Assembly: GCA_947630765.1 (NCBI GenBank)
Contig: CANRIX010000009.1
Coordinates: 10,214-74,213, forward strand
Reading direction: 5' to 3'
Length of the DNA: 64,000 nt
Origin: an uncultured Clostridia bacterium
Lineage (GTDB): Bacteria > Bacillota > Clostridia > Oscillospirales > CAG-382
Below are positions 45,721 through 55,344 of the stretch, piece after piece (within the stretch, counting starts at the first letter, position 1; each line of letters begins with the position of its first letter). A program made the position numbers and the translations under genes. A model generated the notes under the pieces. The model saw only the letters and a program-made list of their open reading frames with translations. It was not told where the DNA came from and did not search any database.

Positions 45721-46614
45721 ATGCCGGGACCCGGTGGAGGAAGAAACGGCGGGGGATTCGGCGGCGGTTCGCGCGGCGGCGGGGGCGGTGGTTCCCGCGG
45801 CGGCGGTTTCGGCGGCCCACGCTATTGGGGACCGCGCCCGTATTACGGCGGCGGCTGTCTCAGCGGGCTTATGGGCATGCTCTTGGGCCCGATCCTGCTT
45901 GTGCTCGTTCTGCTGCTTGTCCTGACCGGCGTGGTCGGGTCGGCGTTTTCCAGCGTGTTCAGCGGCGGCGAGGTCAACTATGACGAAGCGTCCTTCCAGA
46001 CGTATGCCGACGGGCAGTACGCAGCGGAATTCGGCTCGTCCTCGGCATATGAGAACAACCTGCTGATCGCGTTCCTTACCAACGAGGAAGCGGACGGCTA
46101 TTACGCGATCGCGTGGGTGGGCGACAACATTCAAAGCGACATTTCCGCCCTGTTCGGGAACGAGTATAGTGCGTTCGGTCGTGCGATCTATGATTCGGTC
46201 AACGAGTCCTACTACGCGTATTCGCTCGACACCAATCTCGCGTCGGCGATGGACGTCATGACGGACGAAGTGACGGCGCTGGGGCTGGATTCCTCCTTCC
46301 GCGACGGGTCGTCCGGGGCGGGTTCGTCGAAGTCCCATGTGACCAACCGCACAGGCCTGTCCATCACGGCGGAGACCGTTGACCGTTCCCTTCAAAACTT
46401 CACCGAGCAGACCGGGATCCCCGTCGTCATCGTCATCGACGACATGGAAGCGGTGTTCAAGAAAACCGTGCCCGTGGGGAACGTCCTGATCGTGTTCGTG
46501 ACGGTCGGCGTCGTCATATTCGCGGTGTACTGCATCGTCCGCTCGGTCCGGCGCAAGAAAGCGGCGCAGGAACAGCAGGAGGAAACGCAGAACCGCTATC
46601 GCCACGACGAATAA
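45721..46614 (+). CDS. Membrane protein with a Gly/Arg-rich N-terminal tail; function unknown
   Basis: 297 aa. MPGPGGGRNGGGFGGGSRGGGGGGSRGGGFGGPRYWGPRPYYGGG, then a TM segment, an extracellular domain and a C-terminal TM segment. Confidence 0.55.
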   Translation: MPGPGGGRNGGGFGGGSRGGGGGGSRGGGFGGPRYWGPRPYYGGGCLSGLMGMLLGPILLVLVLLLVLTGVVGSAFSSVFSGGEVNYDEASFQTYADGQYAAEFGSSSAYENNLLIAFLTNEEADGYYAIAWVGDNIQSDISALFGNEYSAFGRAIYDSVNESYYAYSLDTNLASAMDVMTDEVTALGLDSSFRDGSSGAGSSKSHVTNRTGLSITAETVDRSLQNFTEQTGIPVVIVIDDMEAVFKKTVPVGNVLIVFVTVGVVIFAVYCIVRSVRRKKAAQEQQEETQNRYRHDE

Positions 46615-46630
46615 GGCTGCAAAGCAGAGA

Positions 46631-46660
46631 AAAACACGGCGTTTGTGCGCCGTGTTTTTT
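46631..46660. terminator. Bidirectional intrinsic terminator between convergent genes
   Basis: AAAACACGGCG / CGCCGTGTTTT stem flanked by A- and T-runs. Confidence 0.6.
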
Positions 46661-46664
46661 GCGT

Positions 46665-48254
46665 TTACGGTTCGGGTTCGTTCCCGACGTAATAGACGCT
46701 GCAGAGCCCCAAATCCGCGAACAGGCGGCACTCGGAAAAGCCGAACGCGGACTGTACGGTCTGCGGGTAGGGGGCGCTCTCGCCGCAGAACTGGAACACC
46801 AGCACCCCGCCGGAGACGTCCTGCCCGTCCAAGATCCGCCGGAACGCGTCCTCCGTGCAGGCGGGGTCATGCGTGACGTAGGAGCTGTCGAGCAGGGTGA
46901 ACAGGTACACGTCGTCGAGGAATCGGTCGCAGCAGGGGTTGATGCAGTAGACGGCTGGCAGGTCGTGCGCGTCCTGCACCCGCGAAACGGTTTCCCGCCG
47001 ATCGGCGTACAGCATTTCCGGCTCGTCCCCGACGGCGGCGGGGAGCGCGACGGACAGCACCAAAAGCAGGGCAAGCAGGACGCAGACGTCCCGCGGCTTC
47101 AGGACGCCGGCGAGCAGTCGGAGAAAGACGAAAACCACCAAAACGGTCAACAGTCCGCACACCGGCAGGTAGTACCGCAGCGTCCCGTAGGGGGAAACGA
47201 ACGCGACGGCCGCCGTGTAGAAGGCGACGGGGAGCGCGACGGTCCGAAACGCTTTTTCGCGGGGAAAGACCGTCGTTTCCCGTTTTTTGCGGCGAACGCG
47301 GGCGTAAATCGCGCATCCGGCGCCGATGAGGAGCATCAGGAACAGCGTGCGGTTGAACGCATAGCAGTCCAGATAGTAGATAGAAGCCCCGATGTTGATG
47401 ATGCGGTCGAGCGGGTGGAACACGCTTTGCAGCGCTTCCTTCCCGCGATAGCCGAGGAAGAGGTGTTGGAGCGAGAACGGGAAGATCGCGACGGACGCGC
47501 CCCCTGCGGCGACCAGCGTCAGCAGGTAGAAAACCAGTTCCCGCTTCCGTTTTTCCCGTGCGAGCCGCACGACGGTCAGCAGAGATAGCGGCGCGAGGAA
47601 GAGCAGGTAGTAGTAATGCGTCAGCGACCCGCACAACGCGGCAAGCCCGACGGCGGGCAGGAGCGCATAGAGCGTTTCCCGTTCGCCGATGCGCAGATGC
47701 AGCCAGAGCGTCAGCAGGACCCAGACCCCGGTCAGGGCGTACATGCGGAGGAACACCACCGACGAGAAGGCCGCCATGGTCAGGGACGCGAGCGCGGTAA
47801 AGACGAACGCCGTCCTCGGGCGGGCGAACAGCCGCTTGCAGACCGCGTACAGCAGAAGCACCGTCGGCACTTGCAGCAGCAGGTTGAGCAGGACACCTGG
47901 CCAGAACGCGACCTGTCCGGGCGCTAAATTCAAAGCCAGCCGCAGCAGAAAATAGTAGAGCGGGGGATGCACGTCGTCGCGCTGATTGACGTAGACCGCT
48001 CGCAAGTCGCCGCGTTGGTCCTCGCCGAGGGACAGGTAGTCGGCGTAGTAGTCCGCGGTATGCCAGGAATCGTAGAAATCCGGGTTTTTCGTCAGGTCGA
48101 CGCGGTCGTATTGGCAAAGGCCGAGGGAGTACGCCTCGTCCATGTGCAGGTATGCTTTTTGGGCTCCGACGAGCGCGTAGGCGGCAAGCAGGACGCATAG
48201 CAGGACCGCGAGCAGCAGCCGTTCGCGCTTCGCGAAGAACGGTTTTTCGGGCAT
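46665..48254 (-). CDS. ArnT/GT39-like (PMT family) membrane glycosyltransferase
   Basis: Start at the ATG at 48254 after AGGAGG. HMDEAYSLGL...DVHPPLYYFLLRL; polytopic. Confidence 0.7.
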   Translation of the reverse strand: MPEKPFFAKRERLLLAVLLCVLLAAYALVGAQKAYLHMDEAYSLGLCQYDRVDLTKNPDFYDSWHTADYYADYLSLGEDQRGDLRAVYVNQRDDVHPPLYYFLLRLALNLAPGQVAFWPGVLLNLLLQVPTVLLLYAVCKRLFARPRTAFVFTALASLTMAAFSSVVFLRMYALTGVWVLLTLWLHLRIGERETLYALLPAVGLAALCGSLTHYYYLLFLAPLSLLTVVRLAREKRKRELVFYLLTLVAAGGASVAIFPFSLQHLFLGYRGKEALQSVFHPLDRIINIGASIYYLDCYAFNRTLFLMLLIGAGCAIYARVRRKKRETTVFPREKAFRTVALPVAFYTAAVAFVSPYGTLRYYLPVCGLLTVLVVFVFLRLLAGVLKPRDVCVLLALLLVLSVALPAAVGDEPEMLYADRRETVSRVQDAHDLPAVYCINPCCDRFLDDVYLFTLLDSSYVTHDPACTEDAFRRILDGQDVSGGVLVFQFCGESAPYPQTVQSAFGFSECRLFADLGLCSVYYVGNEPEP

Positions 48255-48289
48255 TCCGGGACCTCCTGTCGGTTTTTGCCGAACGGCAG

Positions 48290-48340
48290 AAAAGAAAAAG
48301 GGGGAAGGCGCGAACGGCCTTGCCCCTCCGCTTTTTCTTT
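48290..48340 (-). terminator. Probable terminator after rubredoxin
   Basis: GGGGGAAGGC...GCCTTGCCCC imperfect stem (one mismatch) with flanking A- and T-runs. Confidence 0.45.
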
Positions 48341-48342
48341 TT

Positions 48343-48504
48343 TCAGCCCTCGGCCTTCTCGAAATCTTCCTTGCCGGCGCCGCAGAGCGGGCAGACGAAG
48401 TCCTCCGGCAGATCCTCAAAGCTGGTGCCGGGTTCGATGCCGTTGTCCGGGGAACCGGCCTCCTCGTCGTATTCCCAGCCGCAAAGTTCGCAAACGTATT
48501 TCAT
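48343..48504 (-). CDS. Rubredoxin
   Basis: [48 protein letters not shown]. Two CxxC pairs; ATG at 48504 with an AGGAAAGG RBS. Confidence 0.9.
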   Translation of the reverse strand: MKYVCELCGWEYDEEAGSPDNGIEPGTSFEDLPEDFVCPLCGAGKEDFEKAEG

Positions 48505-48586
48505 ATCGGTATCCTTTCCTGCGTGATGTTTTACGCCATAGCATAGCACAACCGAAGGGTCTTGTCAAGAGCCTGAACGGATTTTT

Positions 48587-49366
48587 TTACGCATTTCCGC
48601 CGGCGGAGGTCTGGTTTGACGTGTCGGACGAGGTGCCCGAGGTCTGCGAGGTGCTGCGCTCGGCGAGGGCGAGCTGCTCGTCCGTGCAGGGAGCGGACGG
48701 CGTCGGGCGGTGCTGCTTGAGCGTGAAAACCGGGGTTTTCGGCAGGGTGACGGCGCAGATCTTCTCCTCGTCGTCGTACTGCACGGTCAGACCGATGATG
48801 TAATTCTCCAGCAGGGAAACCGGGAGCAGGTAGTCGTCCCCTTCGAACAGGATCGGCGACGCGAGCCGGACCGGGCTGCCGTTGACGCGCACGAGAGAGG
48901 AATCCCGGCTGCACTGGATGCTGCCCAGCTCCCCGTCCTCCCCGGGAAGGAACAGCGTGACCTGTTCGCCGTCCCCCGCCACGCCGAACGAGCAGGGTGC
49001 GGCGAGGTCGGAATAGGGGATATACAACCCGTAGCGGTTGTTCGCCTGCTTGACCGAATAGGTCTTGATCCGGGTCTTCCCGTCGCTTTCGAGCAGTTCC
49101 AATTCGTAAAGAGCGGTATTTTTCGGCGTCGTACCGAATGAATACCAGAGAAAGACGGCGATAATCAACACGGCGACGACGTAGAGGACCAACGCGACCG
49201 TGAGAATGGCGAGCAAAAGCTGGGCGCCCCGCTTCTCCCCGGCGGACAGCGAACGCTTTTTGTTCGGTTTGCGTGCAGGCTTGCTCTGCGCCGGTCTGCC
49301 CTGTGCGGGCCTGCCTTGCGTCGGTCTTTTCTGCGCCGGTCTGCCGGAATGGCCGGGTGCGGGCAT
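48587..49366 (-). CDS. Membrane-anchored hypothetical protein with a basic Pro/Gln-repeat N-terminus
   Basis: 259 aa. GRPAQKRPTQGRPAQGRPAQSKPARKP, then a TM segment and an extracellular domain. Confidence 0.55.
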   Translation of the reverse strand: MPAPGHSGRPAQKRPTQGRPAQGRPAQSKPARKPNKKRSLSAGEKRGAQLLLAILTVALVLYVVAVLIIAVFLWYSFGTTPKNTALYELELLESDGKTRIKTYSVKQANNRYGLYIPYSDLAAPCSFGVAGDGEQVTLFLPGEDGELGSIQCSRDSSLVRVNGSPVRLASPILFEGDDYLLPVSLLENYIIGLTVQYDDEEKICAVTLPKTPVFTLKQHRPTPSAPCTDEQLALAERSTSQTSGTSSDTSNQTSAGGNA

Positions 49367-49522
49367 GGCGGTTCCCCCTTTCCTCTGTTCTGCTTTCCAT
49401 TATAGCGGAAACCGAACGGAAAGTAAAGGGGGTAAACGGAACCTTTTCAAAATTTTTTCATAGGATGTAACATCGCGGCTTTTGCGCCGGAGCGGCGCAG
49501 GAGCCGAGCGAAAGGAGACTGC

Positions 49523-51784
49523 TTGAAGTTGAGTGACCTGACCAAACGATTTTCCGACAGCGCGAAGCGGGCGCTGGGGACGGCGCTTTCGCTCGCCAAG
49601 GAACTGGGGCATACCTATATCGGCAGCGAGCATCTGCTCGCCGGGATCGTCGCGGAGCGGGAGAGTTCCGCGTCGCGGCTGCTGACCGAACGCGGGGTGA
49701 CGGAGTCGGAGCTGCGCCGCCGGATCGTCGGCATCGTCGGCACCGGAATGCGCAGTACGGTCACGACCGAGGATCTGACGCCGACCTGCCGCCGGATCCT
49801 TATGCGGGCGTCGCTGCTGGTGCGCGGGAGCGGGCGGAACGCGCTCATCGGCGCGGAGCATCTGCTTATGGCGCTCCTGCAGGAGGAATGCGTCGGCAAG
49901 CGGCTGGCGGAGGGGTGCGGCGCGGACGCGAACGAACTGCTGGACATCCTCGAGGAACTCTACGGGCGGGGCGCGGACGGACGGCAGGACCGCCGCGTCG
50001 AAGCCGAACGGGTGCGCAAAAGCACGCCGACGCTGGACAAAAACGCGGTCAACCTGACCGAAAAGGCGCTGTTCGGGCGCACCGACCCGGTCGTCGGGCG
50101 GGAAAAGGAGGAGGAGCAGATCATCAGCATCCTGCTCCGCCGCACCAAGAACAACCCCTGCCTCGTCGGGGAAGCGGGGGTCGGAAAGACGGCGATCGTC
50201 GAATCGGTCGCCGCACGCATCGCGGAGGGGCGGGTCCCGGAAGCGCTGCTCGGCAAGCGCATCATGAGTTTGGAGCTCGCGTCCATCGTTGCGGGGACCA
50301 AGTACCGCGGGGAATTTGAGGAGAAAATACGGAGCATCCTCGCCGAAGCGCGGGAAGCGGACGACGTGATCCTGTTCATCGACGAACTGCATACCATCGT
50401 CGGCGCGGGGGCGGCGGAGGGCGCCATCGACGCGTCGAACATCCTCAAGCCCTCGCTCGCCCGCGGGGAGATCAAGCTCATCGGCGCGACCACGCAAAAG
50501 GAGTACAAACGCTGCATCGAGAAGGATGCGGCGCTCGACCGGCGGTTCCGGCGGGTGTCGGTGGAGGAACCGACCGAGGAGGAGTGCCTGCGGATCCTCA
50601 ACGGCCTGCGGGAGAAGTACGAGACCTTCCACGGCGTGCGGCTGCTGCCGGAAGCGCTCGAGAGTGCTGTGCGGCTGTCGGCGCGGTATATCAGCGACCG
50701 CTACCTGCCGGATAAAGCCATCGACCTGATCGACGAAGCGGCCGCCTGCAAGCGTATGCGGGGTGGGACGGCGGTGACGGCGGAGGACATCGCCGCGTCG
50801 GCGCAGGAAAAGACCGGCATCCCGCTGACGGCGCTCAAAGACAGCGAAGCGGAGCGCCTGCGGCGGCTGGAGAGCGGGCTGAAGGAGCGCATCCTCGGGC
50901 AGGACGGCGCGGTCGAAGCGATCTGTTCCGCCCTGCGGCGTGCGGGGACCGGCGTGCGGGAATCGGAGAAGCCGGCGAGCAGCTTCCTGCTGATCGGTCC
51001 GTCCGGCGTGGGAAAGACCGCCTGCGCCAAGGCGCTCGCTGAGCTGCTCTACGGCAAGGATTCCTTCGTGCGGCTGGATATGACCGAGTACGCCGAGCCG
51101 CACAGCGTTTCCAAGCTGATCGGTGCGCCGCCCGGCTACAGCGGCTACGGGGAGGGCGGATTCCTGACCGAGCGCGTCCGCCGCAAACCGTATTCGCTGA
51201 TCCTGTTCGACGAGGTGGAAAAGGCGCACCCGGAGGTGCGGGCGCTGCTGCTGCAGATCCTCGACGAGGGCAAGCTGACCGATTCCGCCGGGCTGACCGT
51301 CAGCTTCCGCAACGCGGCGGTGGTACTGACCGCCAACCTCGGCGAGGGCGCGTCCGGCATCGGGTTTGCGTCGTCGCCCGAAGCGGCGGGGAACGCGGCG
51401 AGACTGCGGGCGGAAGCCCTGCTTTCGCGGGAACTGGTGGACCGCGTCGACGAACTCGCGGTGTTCCGTCCGCTCGGGCGCGACGCGCTCGAACAGGTCG
51501 CCCGGAGCGGGGTGCGCAGTTTCGCGGAACGGCTGCGCCAGAAGGGGATCGGCGTGCGGTTCGACGAGAGCTTCCTTTCGCAGGCGCTCTCCTGCGCGCA
51601 GGCGCGTCTGCCGTCGCAGGGCGGCGCACGGGAGGTCCGGCGGCAGGCGGTGCGTGCGGCGGAGGAACTGGTGAGCGGCGGGATCCTCGACGGGAGCGTC
51701 GGAACCGACTGCGACGTGCTGCTTTGCGCCGAAAACGGGCGGTATGAGATGAAAATTTCGCAAAAAAGCTGTCAGACCCCTTGA
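49523..51784 (+). CDS. clpC: ATP-dependent Clp protease ATP-binding subunit ClpC-like (Clp_N repeats plus two AAA+ modules)
   Basis: TTG start 6 nt after AAAGGAG. HTYIGSEHLLAGI Clp_N repeat, GEAGVGKTA and GPSGVGKTA Walker A motifs. Confidence 0.85.
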   Translation: MKLSDLTKRFSDSAKRALGTALSLAKELGHTYIGSEHLLAGIVAERESSASRLLTERGVTESELRRRIVGIVGTGMRSTVTTEDLTPTCRRILMRASLLVRGSGRNALIGAEHLLMALLQEECVGKRLAEGCGADANELLDILEELYGRGADGRQDRRVEAERVRKSTPTLDKNAVNLTEKALFGRTDPVVGREKEEEQIISILLRRTKNNPCLVGEAGVGKTAIVESVAARIAEGRVPEALLGKRIMSLELASIVAGTKYRGEFEEKIRSILAEAREADDVILFIDELHTIVGAGAAEGAIDASNILKPSLARGEIKLIGATTQKEYKRCIEKDAALDRRFRRVSVEEPTEEECLRILNGLREKYETFHGVRLLPEALESAVRLSARYISDRYLPDKAIDLIDEAAACKRMRGGTAVTAEDIAASAQEKTGIPLTALKDSEAERLRRLESGLKERILGQDGAVEAICSALRRAGTGVRESEKPASSFLLIGPSGVGKTACAKALAELLYGKDSFVRLDMTEYAEPHSVSKLIGAPPGYSGYGEGGFLTERVRRKPYSLILFDEVEKAHPEVRALLLQILDEGKLTDSAGLTVSFRNAAVVLTANLGEGASGIGFASSPEAAGNAARLRAEALLSRELVDRVDELAVFRPLGRDALEQVARSGVRSFAERLRQKGIGVRFDESFLSQALSCAQARLPSQGGAREVRRQAVRAAEELVSGGILDGSVGTDCDVLLCAENGRYEMKISQKSCQTP

Positions 51785-51808
51785 CAAGCGGCAAAAAATG
51801 TGTATAAT
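51781..51808 (+). promoter_or_regulatory. Consensus sigma-A promoter upstream of ylxM-ffh
   Basis: TTGACA (51781-51786, overlapping the clpC stop), a 16-nt spacer, then TATAAT (51803-51808). Confidence 0.5.
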
Positions 51809-51809
51809 A

Positions 51810-51846
51810 AGCCTGTAAAGCATTTCCCTTTACAGGCTCGTTTTTT
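51810..51846 (+). terminator. Intrinsic terminator of clpC
   Basis: AGCCTGTAAAG (51810-51820) pairs with CTTTACAGGCT (51828-51838), then CG and TTTTTT (51841-51846). Confidence 0.6.
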
Positions 51847-51902
51847 GCGGTCGGGAGGCGGAATGCCGTCCGCGTTCGGCGGGGAAAGGGACGTGCGGGA
51901 AC

Positions 51903-52229
51903 ATGGAGGATCGGCGGGAAACGCTTTGCAGACTGCTGGATTGCTATGGGGGAGCGCTCTCGGCGCGGTGCCGGGACGTCCTGAACGCGTACTACGCCGA
52001 GGACCTTTCGCTCGCGGAGATCGCCGAAAACGCGGGGATCACGCGGCAAGCCGTGCACGACGCGATCCGTCGCGGGGAAAGCGACCTGCTCGCGTGGGAA
52101 GCGGCGATCGGGCTTCTGGAGAAGCGCGAAAAGCTGTTCGCCGTCGTCGACCGGCTTTCCGGGAGCGAACGCGCGGAGGACCGTGCGCTCGCGGCGGAAC
52201 TGACCGCGATCCTGACGGACGAACGATAG
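51903..52229 (+). CDS. ylxM: YlxM/UPF0122 putative DNA-binding protein, SRP-operon associated
   Basis: LLDCYGGALSARCRDVLNAYYAEDLSLAEIAENAGITRQAVHDAIRR. Confidence 0.85.
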   Translation: MEDRRETLCRLLDCYGGALSARCRDVLNAYYAEDLSLAEIAENAGITRQAVHDAIRRGESDLLAWEAAIGLLEKREKLFAVVDRLSGSERAEDRALAAELTAILTDER

Positions 52230-52244
52230 GAAGGAGAAACACGG

Positions 52245-53582
52245 ATGTTTTCCAGTTTGGCGGAGAAACTGTCCGAAGCGTTCAAGAAATTTCGCAACAA
52301 AGGCAAGCTGACCGAAGCGGACGTCAAGGCGGGGATGCGGGAGATCAAGCTCGCCCTGCTGGAAGCGGACGTCAACTTCAAGGTCGTCAAGGCGTTCGTG
52401 AACAAGGTGTCCGAACGTGCGGTCGGGTCGGAGGTGCTCGAAAGTCTGCTGCCCGGTCAGCAGATCGTCAAGATTGTCAACGAGGAACTGATCTCCCTCA
52501 TGGGCGGGAGCAACGCGAAGCTCGCGGTCGCGCCCAAGCCGCCGACGGTGATCCTGATGTGCGGGCTGCAGGGCTCGGGCAAGACCACCCACACGGCGAA
52601 GCTCGCAAAACTGCTCAAGAAGCAGGGCAAGAACCCGCTTCTGGTCGCCTGCGACATCTACCGTCCCGCCGCGATCCGGCAATTGCAGGTGGTCGCGGAG
52701 CAGGTCGGTGCGCCGGTGTTCGAGCGCGGGACGCAAAGCCCGCCGAAAACCGCGCAGGAGGCGGTCAAGCATGCGGTCAAATACGGATACGATACCGTTC
52801 TGATCGACACGGCGGGCCGCCTGCACGTTGACGAAGCGCTCATGGAGGAGCTCAAGCAGGTGCGGGACGCGGTCGAACCGACCGAGATCCTGCTGGTCGT
52901 CGACGCGATGACCGGGCAGGACGCCGTCAACGTCGCCGAGCGGTTCAACGAACTGCTCGACATCACCGGCGTGATCCTGACCAAGCTCGACGGCGACACC
53001 CGCGGCGGCGCAGCGCTTTCCGTGCGGTATGTGACCGGCAAGCCGATCAAATTCGTCGGCACCGGCGAAAAGCTGGACGCGCTCGAACCGTTCTACCCGG
53101 ACCGCATGGCGTCGCGGATCCTCGGCATGGGGGACGTGCTGACGTTGATCGAAAAGGCGGAGGCGGCGATCGACGAAAAGAAGGCCGCCGAAATGGAGCG
53201 CAAGCTGCGGGAGCAGTCGTTCACGCTGGAGGATTTTCTCGACCAGCTCGAACAGCTGCGCGGCATGGGGTCGATGGAGCAGCTGCTCGGCATGATGCCC
53301 GGCGTCAAGCCCGGTGCGCTGAAGGACGCGAAGATCGACGAAAAAGCGCTCTCGCACACGGAAGCGATCATTCGTTCCATGACGCCCTACGAGCGGACCC
53401 ATCCGCAGACGCTCAATTCCTCCCGCAAGAAGCGCGTCGCCGCCGGCAGCGGGACGTCTGTCGAGGAGGTCAACCGCCTGCTCAAGCAGTACGAACAGAC
53501 CCGGGACATGATGAAGAAGTTCATGGGCGGCGGCAAGAAGCGCGGCCGGGGCTTCGGCGGGTTCGGCAGGCTGTTCGGCTGA
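52245..53582 (+). CDS. ffh: Signal recognition particle protein Ffh
   Basis: [21 protein letters not shown], and an M-domain with a Met-rich segment. Confidence 0.95.
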   Translation: MFSSLAEKLSEAFKKFRNKGKLTEADVKAGMREIKLALLEADVNFKVVKAFVNKVSERAVGSEVLESLLPGQQIVKIVNEELISLMGGSNAKLAVAPKPPTVILMCGLQGSGKTTHTAKLAKLLKKQGKNPLLVACDIYRPAAIRQLQVVAEQVGAPVFERGTQSPPKTAQEAVKHAVKYGYDTVLIDTAGRLHVDEALMEELKQVRDAVEPTEILLVVDAMTGQDAVNVAERFNELLDITGVILTKLDGDTRGGAALSVRYVTGKPIKFVGTGEKLDALEPFYPDRMASRILGMGDVLTLIEKAEAAIDEKKAAEMERKLREQSFTLEDFLDQLEQLRGMGSMEQLLGMMPGVKPGALKDAKIDEKALSHTEAIIRSMTPYERTHPQTLNSSRKKRVAAGSGTSVEEVNRLLKQYEQTRDMMKKFMGGGKKRGRGFGGFGRLFG

Positions 53583-53653
53583 AACACGAAAAACGAAAAA
53601 AGAAAATGAACATACAGGGGAGGATCCCCTATCCATTCGGAGGAAACACAACC

Positions 53654-53899
53654 ATGGCAGTAAAAATCAGACTCAGAAGACTCGGCGCGAAGAAGGCGCC
53701 CTACTACCGCATCGTCGTCGCGGATTCCCGTGCGCCCCGTGACGGACGGTTCATCGAGGAGATCGGGACCTACAACCCGATGACCAACCCGTCCACCGTG
53801 ACGGTCGACGCCGAAAAGGTCAAGGCGTGGATCGCCAACGGCGCGCAGCCGACGGATTCGGTGCGCAGCCTGCTCAAGAAAAACGGAGTGATCGAATGA
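53654..53899 (+). CDS. rpsP: 30S ribosomal protein S16
   Basis: [42 protein letters not shown]. Confidence 0.95.
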   Translation: MAVKIRLRRLGAKKAPYYRIVVADSRAPRDGRFIEEIGTYNPMTNPSTVTVDAEKVKAWIANGAQPTDSVRSLLKKNGVIE

Positions 53900-54123
53900 A
53901 ACAGATGCTTCTGGACCTCGTCCGGGGTCTGGTCGAGCATCCGGAGGAGGTTTCCGTCGAGGAACGCGTCAGCGGGGACACGGTCGTGCTGGAGCTTCGC
54001 GTCGCGAAGAAGGACGTCGGTCGCGTCATCGGCCGGGAAGGCCGGATCGCCCGGAGTATCCGCACGGTCATGCGTGCGCAGGCGGTCCGGGAAAACAAGC
54101 GGGTCATCGTCGACATCCTGTGA
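53896..54123 (+). CDS. khpA: KH-domain RNA-binding protein KhpA (YlqC)
   Basis: [21 protein letters not shown]...[22 protein letters not shown] overlap with rpsP. Confidence 0.85.
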   Translation: MKQMLLDLVRGLVEHPEEVSVEERVSGDTVVLELRVAKKDVGRVIGREGRIARSIRTVMRAQAVRENKRVIVDIL

Positions 54124-54629
54124 TGAGGCGGTACCTTGAAGCGGGGCGGCTGAACGCGCCCCGCGGACTGAAGGGCGAAGTGCGATTCTCCTGCTGGTGC
54201 GACAGCATGGAGTTCCTTTCCGGGGTAAAGAAACTGTATCTGGACCCGGAAGGGAAGGCGTATTTAGAGGTAGAAAAGTGGCTCGTGCACCTCGGAACCG
54301 TCGTGTTCAAGGGGTACGGGGACCGCACGTCCGCGTCATCGCTGACCGGGCGGACCCTTTGGTTCGACCGCGAGGACGTCCCGCTGCCGCCGGGAAGCTA
54401 TTTTAACGACGACCTGATCGGGACGCCGGTTTTTGATCTGCGAACGGAACGAACGGTCGGGAAGGTGCTTTCCGTCGAGGAACGGGGCAGGCAGGTGCTT
54501 TGGGAGATCGGGGACGGGGAAAGAACGTTCCTGTTTCCGCCGGCGCCGGCGTACCTCGTTTCGGTAAAGCCCGGCGAGGAGATCCGCGTGAACCTCATCG
54601 ACGGCTTCGCGCCGGGGACGGAGGGCTGA
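54120..54629 (+). CDS. rimM: 16S rRNA processing protein RimM
   Basis: GRLNAPRGLKGEVR...; PRC-barrel C-terminus; conserved operon position. Confidence 0.85.
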   Translation: MMRRYLEAGRLNAPRGLKGEVRFSCWCDSMEFLSGVKKLYLDPEGKAYLEVEKWLVHLGTVVFKGYGDRTSASSLTGRTLWFDREDVPLPPGSYFNDDLIGTPVFDLRTERTVGKVLSVEERGRQVLWEIGDGERTFLFPPAPAYLVSVKPGEEIRVNLIDGFAPGTEG

Positions 54630-54630
54630 G

Positions 54631-55329
54631 ATGCGTTTTGACGTGCTGACCCTGTTCCCGGAGCTGATGGAGGCGATTTTTTCGTCGAGCATCGTCGGTC
54701 GTGCGCGGAGCGCCGGGATTCTGGACATTCGCTGCACGGATATCCGCGCTTACACGGCGGACAAGCACCGCCGCGTGGACGACACGCCCTACGGCGGCGG
54801 ATACGGCATGGTCATGATGTGCCAGCCGGCCGTCGATTGCATTCGCGCCGTCAAGGCGCAGGAAGCGGGTCGGACGCGGACCATCTACCTGTCCCCGCAG
54901 GGGGAGCTGTTCACCCAGCAAAAAGCCCGGGAGCTTTGCGCATACGACCGGCTGATCCTGCTGTGCGGACATTACGAAGGAATCGACGAACGGATCTTGG
55001 AGCTGGAAGTGGACGAGGAGCTGTCCGTCGGGGACTATGTGCTGACCGGCGGGGAGCTGCCCGCGGCGATCGTCGTCGACTGCATCGCCCGCTTGCAGGA
55101 CGGCGTGCTCGCCAACCGGGAATGCTATGAAAAGGAAAGCCTTTCGGACGGGCTCCTGGAGTACCCGCAGTACACCAGACCGCGGGTGTTCGAGGGGCTG
55201 GAGGTGCCGGAGGTGCTGATCAACGGCAACCACGCTCTGCAGGAGCGCTGGAAGCGGGAGCAATCGCTCGAACGCACCCGCCGGAAGCGCCCGGACCTGC
55301 TGAAGAAGGACGTCGGGGAAGGCGAATGA
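54631..55329 (+). CDS. trmD: tRNA (guanine37-N1)-methyltransferase
   Basis: MRFDVLTLFPELM...DDTPYGGGYGMVM...CGHYEGIDERI. Confidence 0.95.
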   Translation: MRFDVLTLFPELMEAIFSSSIVGRARSAGILDIRCTDIRAYTADKHRRVDDTPYGGGYGMVMMCQPAVDCIRAVKAQEAGRTRTIYLSPQGELFTQQKARELCAYDRLILLCGHYEGIDERILELEVDEELSVGDYVLTGGELPAAIVVDCIARLQDGVLANRECYEKESLSDGLLEYPQYTRPRVFEGLEVPEVLINGNHALQERWKREQSLERTRRKRPDLLKKDVGEGE

Positions 55330-55344
55330 GAAAAGGAGAGACGC

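Noticed and set aside
49400-49522. CtsR operator (tandem GGTCAAA heptads) upstream of clpC
   Set aside because: No GGTCAAA-type direct repeat is present in the intergenic region.
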